Positions 55,581-64,000 of a DNA stretch of 64,000 nt are shown in pieces. The stretch's first letter is position 1; each line of letters starts with the position of its first letter. A model generated the notes under the pieces. The model was not told the origin of the DNA, did no database searches, and was given only the letters and a program-made list of their open reading frames with translations. The stretch comes from Bryobacterales bacterium (GTDB lineage Bacteria > Acidobacteriota > Terriglobia > Bryobacterales > UBA6623), in the NCBI GenBank assembly GCA_965248255.1, contig CBDFIW010000001.1, positions 1,492-65,491 of the forward strand, read 5' to 3'. A program made the position numbers and the translations under genes.

Positions 55581-56345
55581 CTAGCGGGCCGCCGAGAAGT
55601 GCGCCCGGCGGTTGCGCTGCCAACAGCTTTCGTCCGACGCGGTGCACTGCGGTCGCTCTTCGCCGTAGCTGATGGTGGTCAGTTTGCCGGCAGGAACGCC
55701 CTGGTTGACCAGGTTGTCCCGTGCCGCGGTAGCACGCTGATCACCCAATGCCAAGTTGTACTCGTTGGTGCCCCGCTCATCGCAGTGCCCCTCGACCACG
55801 ACCCGCCCGCTCGCGTAGTCGTTGAACAGCCGCTTCAACGCACTCGCGTTCGACCGCAACGTCGCCGCGGCATCCGAGCGGATATCGCTCTTGTCGTAGT
55901 CGAAGTAAGCGTCCCGAACTGCACTGCTTAAAGCGTCGGGGAACTCGGGCTTGGGTGGCGGCGGCGGTGGCGGTGGCGGCGGCACGCGCACGGTAACGGT
56001 GGCCGTCGCGCTGGCTTCTCCTCCTTGGCCTTTCACAGTGAGCGTATACGTGGTCGTCTGGGTCGGGAAGACCTCGCGACTGCCATTGACACGCACCGAC
56101 CCGATGCCCTGGTTCAACGATGCGCTGGTCGCGTTGCTGGACGACCATTTCAGCGTCGCCGACTTACCCCGCTCGATGGAACTGGGCTCGGCTGTCAGGC
56201 TCGCCGTCGGCCTCGCTGGTGGCGGTGGCTCCACCTCCGGTGGCGGTGGCGGCGGCGGTGGCACGGGTGCCTCCTTGCAGCCAACCGCGAATAGAGCTAA
56301 GAATACGCTGAGGATAATCAGCGCGATTTGACGCTTCCGTTGCAT
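55581..56345 (-). CDS. pal: peptidoglycan-associated lipoprotein Pal (OmpA family) with extra domain
   Basis: The start is the ATG at 56345 and the lipobox is LFAVGC. The OmpA-like C-terminus is VVVEGHCDERGTNEYNLALGDQRATAARDNLV. An extra ~90 aa beta-rich segment is flanked by poly-Pro. Confidence 0.85.
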   Translation of the reverse strand: MQRKRQIALIILSVFLALFAVGCKEAPVPPPPPPPPEVEPPPPARPTASLTAEPSSIERGKSATLKWSSSNATSASLNQGIGSVRVNGSREVFPTQTTTYTLTVKGQGGEASATATVTVRVPPPPPPPPPPKPEFPDALSSAVRDAYFDYDKSDIRSDAAATLRSNASALKRLFNDYASGRVVVEGHCDERGTNEYNLALGDQRATAARDNLVNQGVPAGKLTTISYGEERPQCTASDESCWQRNRRAHFSAAR

Positions 56346-56479
56346 GTGAAGTCCTATGCCTCCTCCGAATGTTCTGCGGCACGTATGACTGCGGCGTGCA
56401 CAGAAGGAAATGATAGCAGGTCTTGCGCCTTTTGCAAGTACTCCTGTTCTCAATGGCGGCGGCCCCGCGAGCCTGCCGT

Positions 56480-57859
56480 CTACTTCACGCCCCACACGGG
56501 CTGTTGATTACGCCCGGCCGAGGTGAGCCGCTTGAGCTGCGTTCCGTCCGCCCGCATGGTCCAGATCTGCGTCGTGCCTTGGCGGTCGGACGAGAAAACA
56601 ATGTGGGTACCGCTGGGGGACCAGTACGGATTCTCGTTCCTCCCGGCTCCATAAGTCAACTGCACCATATGGCGCGTGGCGACGTTCAGGATGAAGACGT
56701 TGTAATTGCCCGGCTCGAACCCACGCGTCCAGGCGAAAGCGACATGCTCCCCCTGGGGATCCCAAGAGGGCTGCACCGCGTCCCCTCCACCCAGCGACAG
56801 TTTCTGGATGTTCGCTCCCTCGATGTCCATTAAGTAGATCTGAGGGAGCCCGGATCGTCCCGAGGTAAAGGCGATTTGCGCTCCGGTTTTCGGGTTGATC
56901 GCGGGGTCCACGGCGATAGACCGTGAATACGATATCCTGCGGAAGTTCCTGCCGTCAAGGTCCGCGATGTAAATCTGCGAGACCTCGGACGCCGTTGAAG
57001 CGTACACGAGCGACAGGCCGTCGGGCGTGAAAGCGGGTGTCGCGTTCATCGAGGCGCGTTGATTGTAGAACGTCAGCCGGCGGTTGGTTTCGAGCGAGTG
57101 AACGAAGATCTCGGGGTTGCCGTTAACGTAGGTTGTGAAAGCGATCTTAGTGGCGTCGGTCGAAACGGCGGGTGTGAGGCAAAGATTCTTGTATTGGGTG
57201 ATCGGCTTCTGGTTGCTGCCGTCGTAGTCCATCGACCAGATCTCTTGATCGCCGGTACGGTCGGAGACAAAGTAGATCCTCGACCCAGCCAGGCCTAGCC
57301 CCAGCCCAAGGTTCGTCAGGATGTCTCGGGCGAACTCATGCGCCAACTGGCGCGCGCCGTCTGTATCAGGCGACGAGAAGTAGCGCTTGCCGAAGATGTG
57401 AGCGTTCGGCAGGCTTTCCTGGACGGCGTCGTAGAGATAACCCGAGAGCACCAGGCGATCGCCCAAGAGCGCCAGAAACCCGAAGGTCAGATAGCGGGCG
57501 GTGACCGGCGGCTGCGACCACCCCATCAACCACAAGCCGCGCGCGCCGGGATCCCCTGGCAGGCCCTTGTCGCCCGCCTTCAGTTCCTCGGGACGGCGGG
57601 GTGGTGTTCGAGGATAGAAGCTCTTCGAGATCATCCGGAACTGGGCCGAGCTGTCGAGGTCGTTCCAGAGCGTGTTGTTGAAAGCACGCACTGGCTCGTC
57701 GGCGTCAACCGGGCCCTCCATGTCGGGCACGGCGATACGCGGGACCTGCCCGCCCTCGGTGATGTCGATCGTTAGATCCGGGCGCTGGGCCGGAGCGGAG
57801 CCGGCCACGAGCATGACGAGAAGGAAGCCGACGATCGGTGAAGAGAGTTGTTTGATCAT
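56480..57859 (-). CDS. tolB: Tol-Pal system beta-propeller protein TolB
   Basis: The start is the ATG at 57859, an ATGA overlap with tolA, with a signal peptide. Repeated PxFSPDG-like blades are present (PAFTPDG, PSWDPQG, PYWSPSG). Confidence 0.88.
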   Translation of the reverse strand: MIKQLSSPIVGFLLVMLVAGSAPAQRPDLTIDITEGGQVPRIAVPDMEGPVDADEPVRAFNNTLWNDLDSSAQFRMISKSFYPRTPPRRPEELKAGDKGLPGDPGARGLWLMGWSQPPVTARYLTFGFLALLGDRLVLSGYLYDAVQESLPNAHIFGKRYFSSPDTDGARQLAHEFARDILTNLGLGLGLAGSRIYFVSDRTGDQEIWSMDYDGSNQKPITQYKNLCLTPAVSTDATKIAFTTYVNGNPEIFVHSLETNRRLTFYNQRASMNATPAFTPDGLSLVYASTASEVSQIYIADLDGRNFRRISYSRSIAVDPAINPKTGAQIAFTSGRSGLPQIYLMDIEGANIQKLSLGGGDAVQPSWDPQGEHVAFAWTRGFEPGNYNVFILNVATRHMVQLTYGAGRNENPYWSPSGTHIVFSSDRQGTTQIWTMRADGTQLKRLTSAGRNQQPVWGVK

Positions 57860-58638
57860 TGCAGTTGGAACCACATTTCGACTTGAATGGAACTCTTGCG
57901 CAACGCAGGCGGCAGCGGCTGCAGCGGGTCGGCATTGGCCACTGCGCGATGAGCCGAGTAGTCGAGCGAACGATTGCCGCTCGATTGCACGACTCGCGTG
58001 TTGCGAATGGCGCCGTTTCTCAAGATCACGAATACGACCCCGGCCTTCCGCCGGCTGGCGCCCGCCGCTTGGCCTAGGGTCTTGCGCCACTCGGCGGCCA
58101 CACGCCGCTGCAAGGCTTCGGCGTACCACCCGAAGCGCGCTCCAAACGGGCTGCTGCTGCCGAATCCGACGCCCCCACCGCCGGCTTTGCGCTGTCCCGC
58201 GTAGAGCGGCGAGCTGACCGCCGCGCCGGTGGAGGACGAAACTTGATTCTTGGGGGCCGGCTTTTGGGTCTTCTGCGCGTTCGAAGGCGGCCGTCGTCGT
58301 CGCCGCTGCTTCTCGACCGGGACGGCGTCTGGTTCATCGGCGGGCTCAGGCTGCGGCGTCGCTCGAGTGGGCGCGGGGACGGAGGGGACCTCGTGCTCGA
58401 CCGGATTCACGACCGGCCTTTCCACCTTGGCCCGTGATCGGGTTAAGGGCACGCCTTGGGTAATGTTGATCGGAACGGCGCTTCCGGGCCGCGCGTTGGG
58501 ATCACCCAACGAAACCGGTGTGTCGAACATGCCCCAGGCGACCGTCGTCGCGAACAGCGCCAGGTGGCAGCCGATTGACCACCCCAACGGCCGCTTGAGC
58601 CGTTCGGTTTGCTCCAGGGGATCGAAACGATGACTCAT
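57856..58638 (-). CDS. tolA: TolA/TonB-family energy transducer
   Basis: The start is the ATG at 58638. It has an N-terminal TM segment and a Pro/Lys/Arg-rich linker. The TonB_C-like end is VVFVILRNGAIRNTRVVQSSGNRSLDYSAHRAV. Confidence 0.75.
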   Translation of the reverse strand: MSHRFDPLEQTERLKRPLGWSIGCHLALFATTVAWGMFDTPVSLGDPNARPGSAVPINITQGVPLTRSRAKVERPVVNPVEHEVPSVPAPTRATPQPEPADEPDAVPVEKQRRRRRPPSNAQKTQKPAPKNQVSSSTGAAVSSPLYAGQRKAGGGGVGFGSSSPFGARFGWYAEALQRRVAAEWRKTLGQAAGASRRKAGVVFVILRNGAIRNTRVVQSSGNRSLDYSAHRAVANADPLQPLPPALRKSSIQVEMWFQLQ

Positions 58639-59057
58639 CGTCTTCGTCGCGGCAGCCGCTCGAGTGGCTTGGTCACGATATTGACGGCCACATTCCCGGC
58701 CCCGCATTCAGCAACGACCTGCACGATCACTTCCCAGGGAGTGGTGCGATGCGCCCGCAGGTAGACACCCGGCTGCTCGCCGCCCTTCTCTTTGATACGC
58801 GGCACGATGTCATAGATGCTGATCGGCTCGGTATTGAAGTACAACTCGCCCTTCGAGGTGATGTTGATGAAGTCGAAGTCTTCGCTGCTCGCCGCCACTT
58901 CGCGCGTCTTGGGCACGTCGATCTCGAGCCCGAACTCGACCACGCCCGCCGTGATCATGAAGATGATCAGCAGAACCAGCACCACGTCGACGAACGGCGT
59001 GATGTTGATGTCAGCGATCGACTCCTCTTGTTGCTCGCTCCGGTTCGTAAACGCCAT
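58635..59057 (-). CDS. tolR: biopolymer transport protein TolR/ExbD
   Basis: INITPFVDVVLVLLIIFM is typical of ExbD/TolR. It sits between tolQ and tolA. Confidence 0.85.
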   Translation of the reverse strand: MAFTNRSEQQEESIADINITPFVDVVLVLLIIFMITAGVVEFGLEIDVPKTREVAASSEDFDFINITSKGELYFNTEPISIYDIVPRIKEKGGEQPGVYLRAHRTTPWEVIVQVVAECGAGNVAVNIVTKPLERLPRRRR

Positions 59058-59829
59058 CGGTTTCTCCGTAGCTGCGTTCGGCAAGGTTGAAGAATTCCAG
59101 GCCGAAGTCGTCCATGCGCGCGCGGATCTCTCGAATGCGCTGCGAGAACAGGTTGAAGAAGATGAGCGCGGGAATGGCGGCGAACAGACCGAAGGCGGTG
59201 GCGATGAGCGCTTCGGCGATGCCGGGCGCGACCGCGCGAAGCGTCGCTCCTCCCGCTTCCCCCAGGCCGCGGAAAGCGTCCAGCACGCCCCAGACGGTCC
59301 CGAACAGCCCGATGAACGGCGTGGCCGAGGCCGTCGTCGCTAGCCAACCCATGTTGCGCTGCAGGTGAGCCACCTCTTCATTGATGCCCAACTGCAGGCA
59401 GCGTTCGAGCGATGCGGCGTTGCGCAGCCGGCCCAGGTTGTTCACTTGCCGGGCCACTTCCTCGTATCCGAACTCGAAGACGGTTACCAGCGGCGCTGGC
59501 CGGTACTGTTCGCTCGCGGCGTTCATCTCGGCGAGCTGATTGATGCGCCGAAAGGCGCTCAAGAACCGTTTGTCATTACGCCGCGAGGTCCTGAGCAGGC
59601 TCTGTTTCGAGAACGCAATCGTCCAAGAGAGAATCGAGAACACCAGCAAGACCGCGAGCACCACTCCCGCCAGCGGCGAGGAGTCAAGGACGAGGTCGAG
59701 AAAACTGGTTTGGTCGAGCGCACCCGAGGAGACCAAGGCCTCGGTGGCCTCGATCGCGTCGCCGGTCTCGTTTGTGCTGGTGGGATCAGCCGCCTGCAGC
59801 AGGAGGGCAAAGAAGCCTGAAACAGTCAA
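59011..59829 (-). CDS. tolQ: MotA/TolQ/ExbB proton channel protein
   Basis: LATTASATPFIGLFGTVWGVLDAF and IAEALIATAFGLFAAIPA are typical of TolQ/ExbB. Confidence 0.88.
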   Translation of the reverse strand: MTVSGFFALLLQAADPTSTNETGDAIEATEALVSSGALDQTSFLDLVLDSSPLAGVVLAVLLVFSILSWTIAFSKQSLLRTSRRNDKRFLSAFRRINQLAEMNAASEQYRPAPLVTVFEFGYEEVARQVNNLGRLRNAASLERCLQLGINEEVAHLQRNMGWLATTASATPFIGLFGTVWGVLDAFRGLGEAGGATLRAVAPGIAEALIATAFGLFAAIPALIFFNLFSQRIREIRARMDDFGLEFFNLAERSYGETDGVYEPERATRGVDR

Positions 59830-60174
59830 AACGTCTCCTTGGATGTTGCGAGCCGTCTTTCAAGGGCCCAAGCGGCAGACTGTTCTTCCGCTGGCCTGTC
59901 ACCGCTTACACAACCGGCAGTCGCAAAGCCGGCTCTCCTCAGTGCCGACGGCCAACCAGGGAACGCCTCGGAGGGTCGTCTTCCCACGACCCAGTCCTCA
60001 TGAATTTAGCACATATAATGGGTACGTGGAATCTTGGACGTAGCCGCGCTGCCGGAAGGTTTCACTGTTTTTTGCTCCCCAGTCCCGCCGCCGAGTGTTC
60101 CGTCACGGGGAGTCTCACGACGGAAGGGGCATGCCACGGCGTGCCGAGCCCCCACATCTCCGAGCCGCAGCTTT

Positions 60175-61884
60175 ATGTTGCAAGAGTTGAATGTCGAAGG
60201 CTATGCCGTCGTCGCCAAGCTGCGCGTGCGGTTTCAGCCCGGCTTGAACCTGCTGACGGGCGAGACCGGCAGCGGCAAGTCGATCGTGGTCGGCGCGCTG
60301 TCGCTGTTGCTCGGCGCCCGGGCGGCCACGGAGGTGATCCGGTCAGGCTGTCGCCGGGCCAGGATCGCCGGTGTGTTCGAGGTGACCGAGACACCGCCGT
60401 TGACGGCGCTGCTGTCGGAAAGCGGCGTCGAGTTGGAGCAAGGCGAGCTGATCGTCGAGCGCGAGGTGCTCGACAACGGCAAGTCGCGAGCCTACGTCAA
60501 CGGCCGGTTGGTGACACTGGCCTTTCTGCGGTCGTTGGCGCCGCTGTTGGGCGACATTCACGGCCAGCACGAGCAACAAAGTCTGTTCTCGGCGCGCACG
60601 CAGCTCGACATGCTCGACGCCTTTGCGGGGACGGCCGACGACAGCGCCCAGGTCGCCGACATCTACCGCGCTTGGCGTCGGGCTGACGAAAGGCTGCGGG
60701 AGTTACGGGGGAACGAACAGGAACGTTTGAGGTTGTCAGACCTTTATCGCTTCCAGCACCGCGAGATCGGTGAAGCCAAGCTCGACCCGGCGGAGGTCGA
60801 ACAGTTGACGCGGCGCCGCGACGTTTTGGGGAACCTGGCGCGCGTCGAGGAGAACGCCACGCTTGCCTATGACGTGCTCTATGATTCCTCCGTCTCGGCT
60901 ACCACGCAACTAGCGGCGGCGCAGAAGGCATTAGGGGATTTGATCGCGTTGGACCCCTCGCTTGGCTCGCTCAAGGAGCGGCTGGAAGGAGCGCGGGCAA
61001 ACATCGAGGACGCCGCGTTCGAGATTCGCAGCTACGTCGACCGCTTGGAACCTGACCCCGACGCGTTCGCGGCGATCGAAGACCGGCTGGCATTGATCGA
61101 GGGGCTCAAGCGCAAATACGGGGCGACGGTCGAAGAAGTGTTGGCCTACGGCCGCGAAGTCGAGACCCGGCTTGAAGAATTGCAGTCCAGCGATACCGCG
61201 ATTGCGCAGACGGAACAACAACGCCAGGTGGCGGCGGGTCAATACGAGGCGCTGGCGAAGAGCCTGTCCGAGCGCCGTCGCAAAGCGGCCGCGAAGCTGC
61301 AATCGCAAGTTGAGAAAGAGCTCGCCTCGCTCGCGATGCAGAAGGCACGGTTCGAAATCGCTTTCGAAGAGCCCGCAGAGGGGGCCGCCGGCTGGAGCGC
61401 CTCGGGATCGGACCGCGTGCGGTTTCTGGTATCGGCGAACCCGGGCCAACCTCCGCGACCGATGGCACAGGTGGCGTCGGGGGGTGAGCTGTCGCGCATC
61501 ACGCTGGCGCTCAAGAGCTGTTTGGTTTCAACCTTCGGCAAAAGGCGTAGGGCGGACGCGCCACGTACGCTCGTGTTTGACGAGATCGATAGCGGCGTCG
61601 GCGGCCGAGTCGCCGACGCCCTGGGCCGGCGGCTGAAGAAGCTTTCCGACAGTCACCAGGTGCTGTGTGTCACGCACCTGCCGCAGATCGCAGGGTTTGC
61701 CGACGCGCACTACTTCGTCGAGAAGGAAGAGCGCGAGAGCGAGACGTTTGCCTCGGTCGCCGAGTTGTCGGAGCCCCAGCGCGTCGACGAGCTGGCGCGC
61801 ATGCTTTCCGGCGCCGAGGTGACCTCGACCGCCGTGAAGCACGCCCACCAGATGTTGAAAGCCAATCGGCAGAAGGCAGGATAG
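60175..61884 (+). CDS. recN: DNA repair protein RecN
   Basis: The start is the ATG at 60175 (MLQELNVEGYAVV). Walker A is LTGETGSGKS. A long coiled-coil follows, then the C-terminal SGGELSRITLALK and LVFDEIDSGVGG. Confidence 0.9.
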   Translation: MLQELNVEGYAVVAKLRVRFQPGLNLLTGETGSGKSIVVGALSLLLGARAATEVIRSGCRRARIAGVFEVTETPPLTALLSESGVELEQGELIVEREVLDNGKSRAYVNGRLVTLAFLRSLAPLLGDIHGQHEQQSLFSARTQLDMLDAFAGTADDSAQVADIYRAWRRADERLRELRGNEQERLRLSDLYRFQHREIGEAKLDPAEVEQLTRRRDVLGNLARVEENATLAYDVLYDSSVSATTQLAAAQKALGDLIALDPSLGSLKERLEGARANIEDAAFEIRSYVDRLEPDPDAFAAIEDRLALIEGLKRKYGATVEEVLAYGREVETRLEELQSSDTAIAQTEQQRQVAAGQYEALAKSLSERRRKAAAKLQSQVEKELASLAMQKARFEIAFEEPAEGAAGWSASGSDRVRFLVSANPGQPPRPMAQVASGGELSRITLALKSCLVSTFGKRRRADAPRTLVFDEIDSGVGGRVADALGRRLKKLSDSHQVLCVTHLPQIAGFADAHYFVEKEERESETFASVAELSEPQRVDELARMLSGAEVTSTAVKHAHQMLKANRQKAG

Positions 61885-62043
61885 GGGCTGCCCCCCCCCA
61901 CTCAGACCGGCACCCCTCCTTGCGTCGAGCGGCTTCGGGGCGGAAGGGGCTTGAGCGCGGCGTCCTCGCCGGCTTGGTCTTGCTCAACGCGGGCTGACGC
62001 CCCGCGGCGCCGAGTGCTGTTAGCGGCTGCCTCTTGATTTCTA

Positions 62044-62906
62044 ATGAGCTTACTTCCTGAACTCGATCTTCCCTATCTTTGTGACACCGCCCGACAGGCC
62101 GGCGAGGGCATACTCGATGTCTATCACACCGACTTCGGTGTCTTCCGCAAGAGCGACGCCTCACCGGTAACCGAAGCCGACCGGCGCGCCCACAAAGCGA
62201 TCAAGGCGCGTCTCGCCGAGCGCTATCCGCAAGTCCCCATCCTCTCGGAAGAGAGCAGCGAACACGCGCCGTACGAAGTCCGCCGCCAGTGGCCGAGCTA
62301 TTGGCTGGTCGATCCTCTCGATGGCACGAAAGAATTCATCAAGCGCAACGGACAGTTCACCGTCAACATTGCGTTGATCGAAGACTCGCGGCCGGTGGCC
62401 GGTGTCGTCTACGCTCCCGCCCGCCGGTTGCTCTACTACGGCACCCTTCCGGGCAGGGCCTTCAAGGCGGAAAACGACGCTGCACCCCGGTGCGGCTCGA
62501 GCGCGCGGGGCGTGACGACGGCCGCCGGGTCATCGCCGGCAGCCTCTCCCACCCCAGCCCCGAGATGGAGGTGTTCGTCGCCGAGCAGCGCCGCCGCTAT
62601 CCGCGTGTCGAGTTCATCGCCATGGGCAGCTCGCTCAAGATCTGCATGGTGGCGGACGGCGCCGCGGACATCTACCCCCGCCTGGGCCCGACCATGGAGT
62701 GGGATACGGCCGCCGCGCACGCCGTGGCCAATGCCGCCGGTTGCCGGGTCGTGCGGTACGGCAGCGACGAAGAGCTCCGCTATAACAAACAAGACCTCCT
62801 AAACGAATGGTTCGTGGTGTGGCGCAAGTCTCCAGACTTGCCGTCTCGCGACTCTTCGCGAGACAGGGCGCCGACCGAGCACGATCGTGCCAAGCGGTGG
62901 ACCTGA
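62044..62906 (+). pseudogene. cysQ: 3'(2'),5'-bisphosphate nucleotidase CysQ-like (inositol monophosphatase family), frameshifted
   Basis: SEES...WLVDPLDGTKEFI is in the first frame. IAMGSSLKICMVADGAADIYPRLGPTMEWDTAAAHAV is in the second. The switch maps to the C4 run at 62485-62488, and one more C would restore ...NDAAPPVRLER.... Confidence 0.75.
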
Positions 62907-62967
62907 GTCCCGAAGAATCGGGACTCGGCAAGCCTGGAGGCTTACGCCACAAGGTTAAGATACAGCC

Positions 62968-64000
62968 ATGCTCAAACGTATCCTCCTGCCTCTGCTGCTG
63001 ATGGCCTTGGCCGCCCTGGCCCAAACCGACACGCAATGGACGCCCGAACTGTCTATGCAGGTGGACTCCATCGGGGATGTCATGCCCTCTCCGAATGGCG
63101 AGTGGGTCGCCTACACCCGAAGCCGCACTGTGATGGAAGAAACCCGCAGCGAATTCGTCACGCAGATCTATCTGGCGCGCGCGGACGGCTCACGCCGCTT
63201 TCAACTCACCGCGGGCGAGGAAAGCTCAGCCGCCCCGGCCTTCTCGCCCGATAGCGGGTTCGTCTACTTCCTCTCCGACCGCTCAGGCAAACAGAACCTG
63301 TGGCGCATTTCGGTCGCCGGCGGCGAGGCCGAACGCCTCACCGACTGGGGCGGCAAGATCGGCGGGTTCCGCGTCTCGCCTGATGGCAAGTCGATCGCCT
63401 TCCGCGGCCGCAAGTCCGACCCCGATCAGAGAAAGGCCGAGAAGGAGAAACGCGACTTTCGCGTCATTGACGAAAACCCGGAGAACCACGCACTGTGGAT
63501 CGTCTCGACAGCGGCCAAGGCTGGAGAGGCCGACCCGGAACGCGTGTTCGAGCCCCCCTATCACGTGGCCCGCTTCGAGTGGTCCCCCGATTCGAACAAG
63601 ATCGTCTTCGAACACTGGCCGCGGCCCGAGCCGCCTTACCGGTTTGAGGCTGACATCTCGGAAGTCGACGTCACGAGCGGCGAGACCAAGGCGCTGGCCG
63701 ACTCAGAGCGCGTCGAGCACTCGCCCTACTACTCGCGCGACGACCGCCTGCTGGCCTACGTTCGCAGTTCCGAGTTGGGCCGCTGGGCCGGCGAGGGGCG
63801 TCTGGTCGTCCTCGATCTCACAAGTGGCAAAAGCCGCGCCCTGCCGGTCACGCAGGACGAATTCGGACGCGGCTCGAACCTGCTGGGGTTTTCCCCCGAT
63901 TCGAAACAACTCTACTTCACCGAAACAAACAAGACCCGCAACGTTTTGCAGTCGATCGGCCTCGACGAGGTCGCCGCGAGCCTCGATCAGCCTTCCCGAG
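62968..64000 (+). CDS. secreted S9-family peptidase-like protein, N-terminal beta-propeller part (runs off window end)
   Basis: Own translation from ATG 62968 gives MLKRILLPLLLMALAALAQ (signal). Repeated FSPDS/VSPDG/WSPDS blade motifs follow. There is no stop before 64000, so it is absent from the ORF track. The catalytic domain is not in the window. Confidence 0.6.
   Translation, partial: MLKRILLPLLLMALAALAQTDTQWTPELSMQVDSIGDVMPSPNGEWVAYTRSRTVMEETRSEFVTQIYLARADGSRRFQLTAGEESSAAPAFSPDSGFVYFLSDRSGKQNLWRISVAGGEAERLTDWGGKIGGFRVSPDGKSIAFRGRKSDPDQRKAEKEKRDFRVIDENPENHALWIVSTAAKAGEADPERVFEPPYHVARFEWSPDSNKIVFEHWPRPEPPYRFEADISEVDVTSGETKALADSERVEHSPYYSRDDRLLAYVRSSELGRWAGEGRLVVLDLTSGKSRALPVTQDEFGRGSNLLGFSPDSKQLYFTETNKTRNVLQSIGLDEVAASLDQPSR

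Noticed and set aside
55950-56290. GGC/GGT-rich tandem-looking DNA repeats
   Set aside because: They are the coding sequence (antisense view) of the two poly-proline linkers of Pal, not a non-coding repeat or CRISPR-like array.
59830-60174. Divergent tolQ/recN promoter and SOS box
   Set aside because: A TATAAT hexamer occurs at 60014-60019, but there is no acceptable -35 at the right spacing and no palindrome I can equate with a known LexA box. It was not called.
1-64000. CRISPR arrays, tRNA, rRNA and tmRNA genes
   Set aside because: I found no regularly spaced direct repeats with unique spacers, no cloverleaf-like tRNA candidates next to the integrase or transposase genes, and no rRNA-like conserved strings by eye. 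A tRNAscan/Infernal run would be the decisive check.

Overview
High-GC bacterial chromosomal window. The gene content looks Acidobacteria-like, but that is inference only. It has three parts.

(1) 1-9561: a tightly coupled minus-strand operon, sulP - DUF2309/dabA - mrpE-F-G-B'-B-C-D - nuoL/mrpA-like. A DabA-type (carbonic-anhydrase-like) subunit sits inside a complete multi-subunit Mrp/Mbh-type cation-translocating module, next to a BicA-type SulP transporter. This is the most unusual system in the window.

(2) About 9.6-49.5 kb: an accessory region full of mobile DNA.
- A degenerate IS3 and an IS1380.
- A three-level nested insertion (IS630 containing IS1595 containing IS630).
- An ~18 kb prophage remnant with a MuA/TnsB-type transposase. 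It carries recombination/replication genes, a DNA-modification block and lysis genes, but no structural genes.
- Another truncated IS630.
- Two near-identical group II introns in inverted orientation, bracketing 5.7 kb (ggt fragment, DUF4387 + AtuA-like, gltS-like, IS91 remnant + integrase).
- An ISNCY element.

(3) 49.8-64 kb: ordinary core genes. These are CBM9-like, GH88, YHS-like, TPR, queC, ybgF-pal-tolB-tolA-tolR-tolQ, recN, cysQ and an S9 peptidase.

I saw no rRNA, tRNA or CRISPR array. Several genes carry single-nucleotide frameshifts, some at homopolymers, so either assembly indels or real decay is possible. All family calls come from motifs read by eye, with no database search. Many long ORFs in the track are antisense shadows typical of high-GC DNA and were not called.
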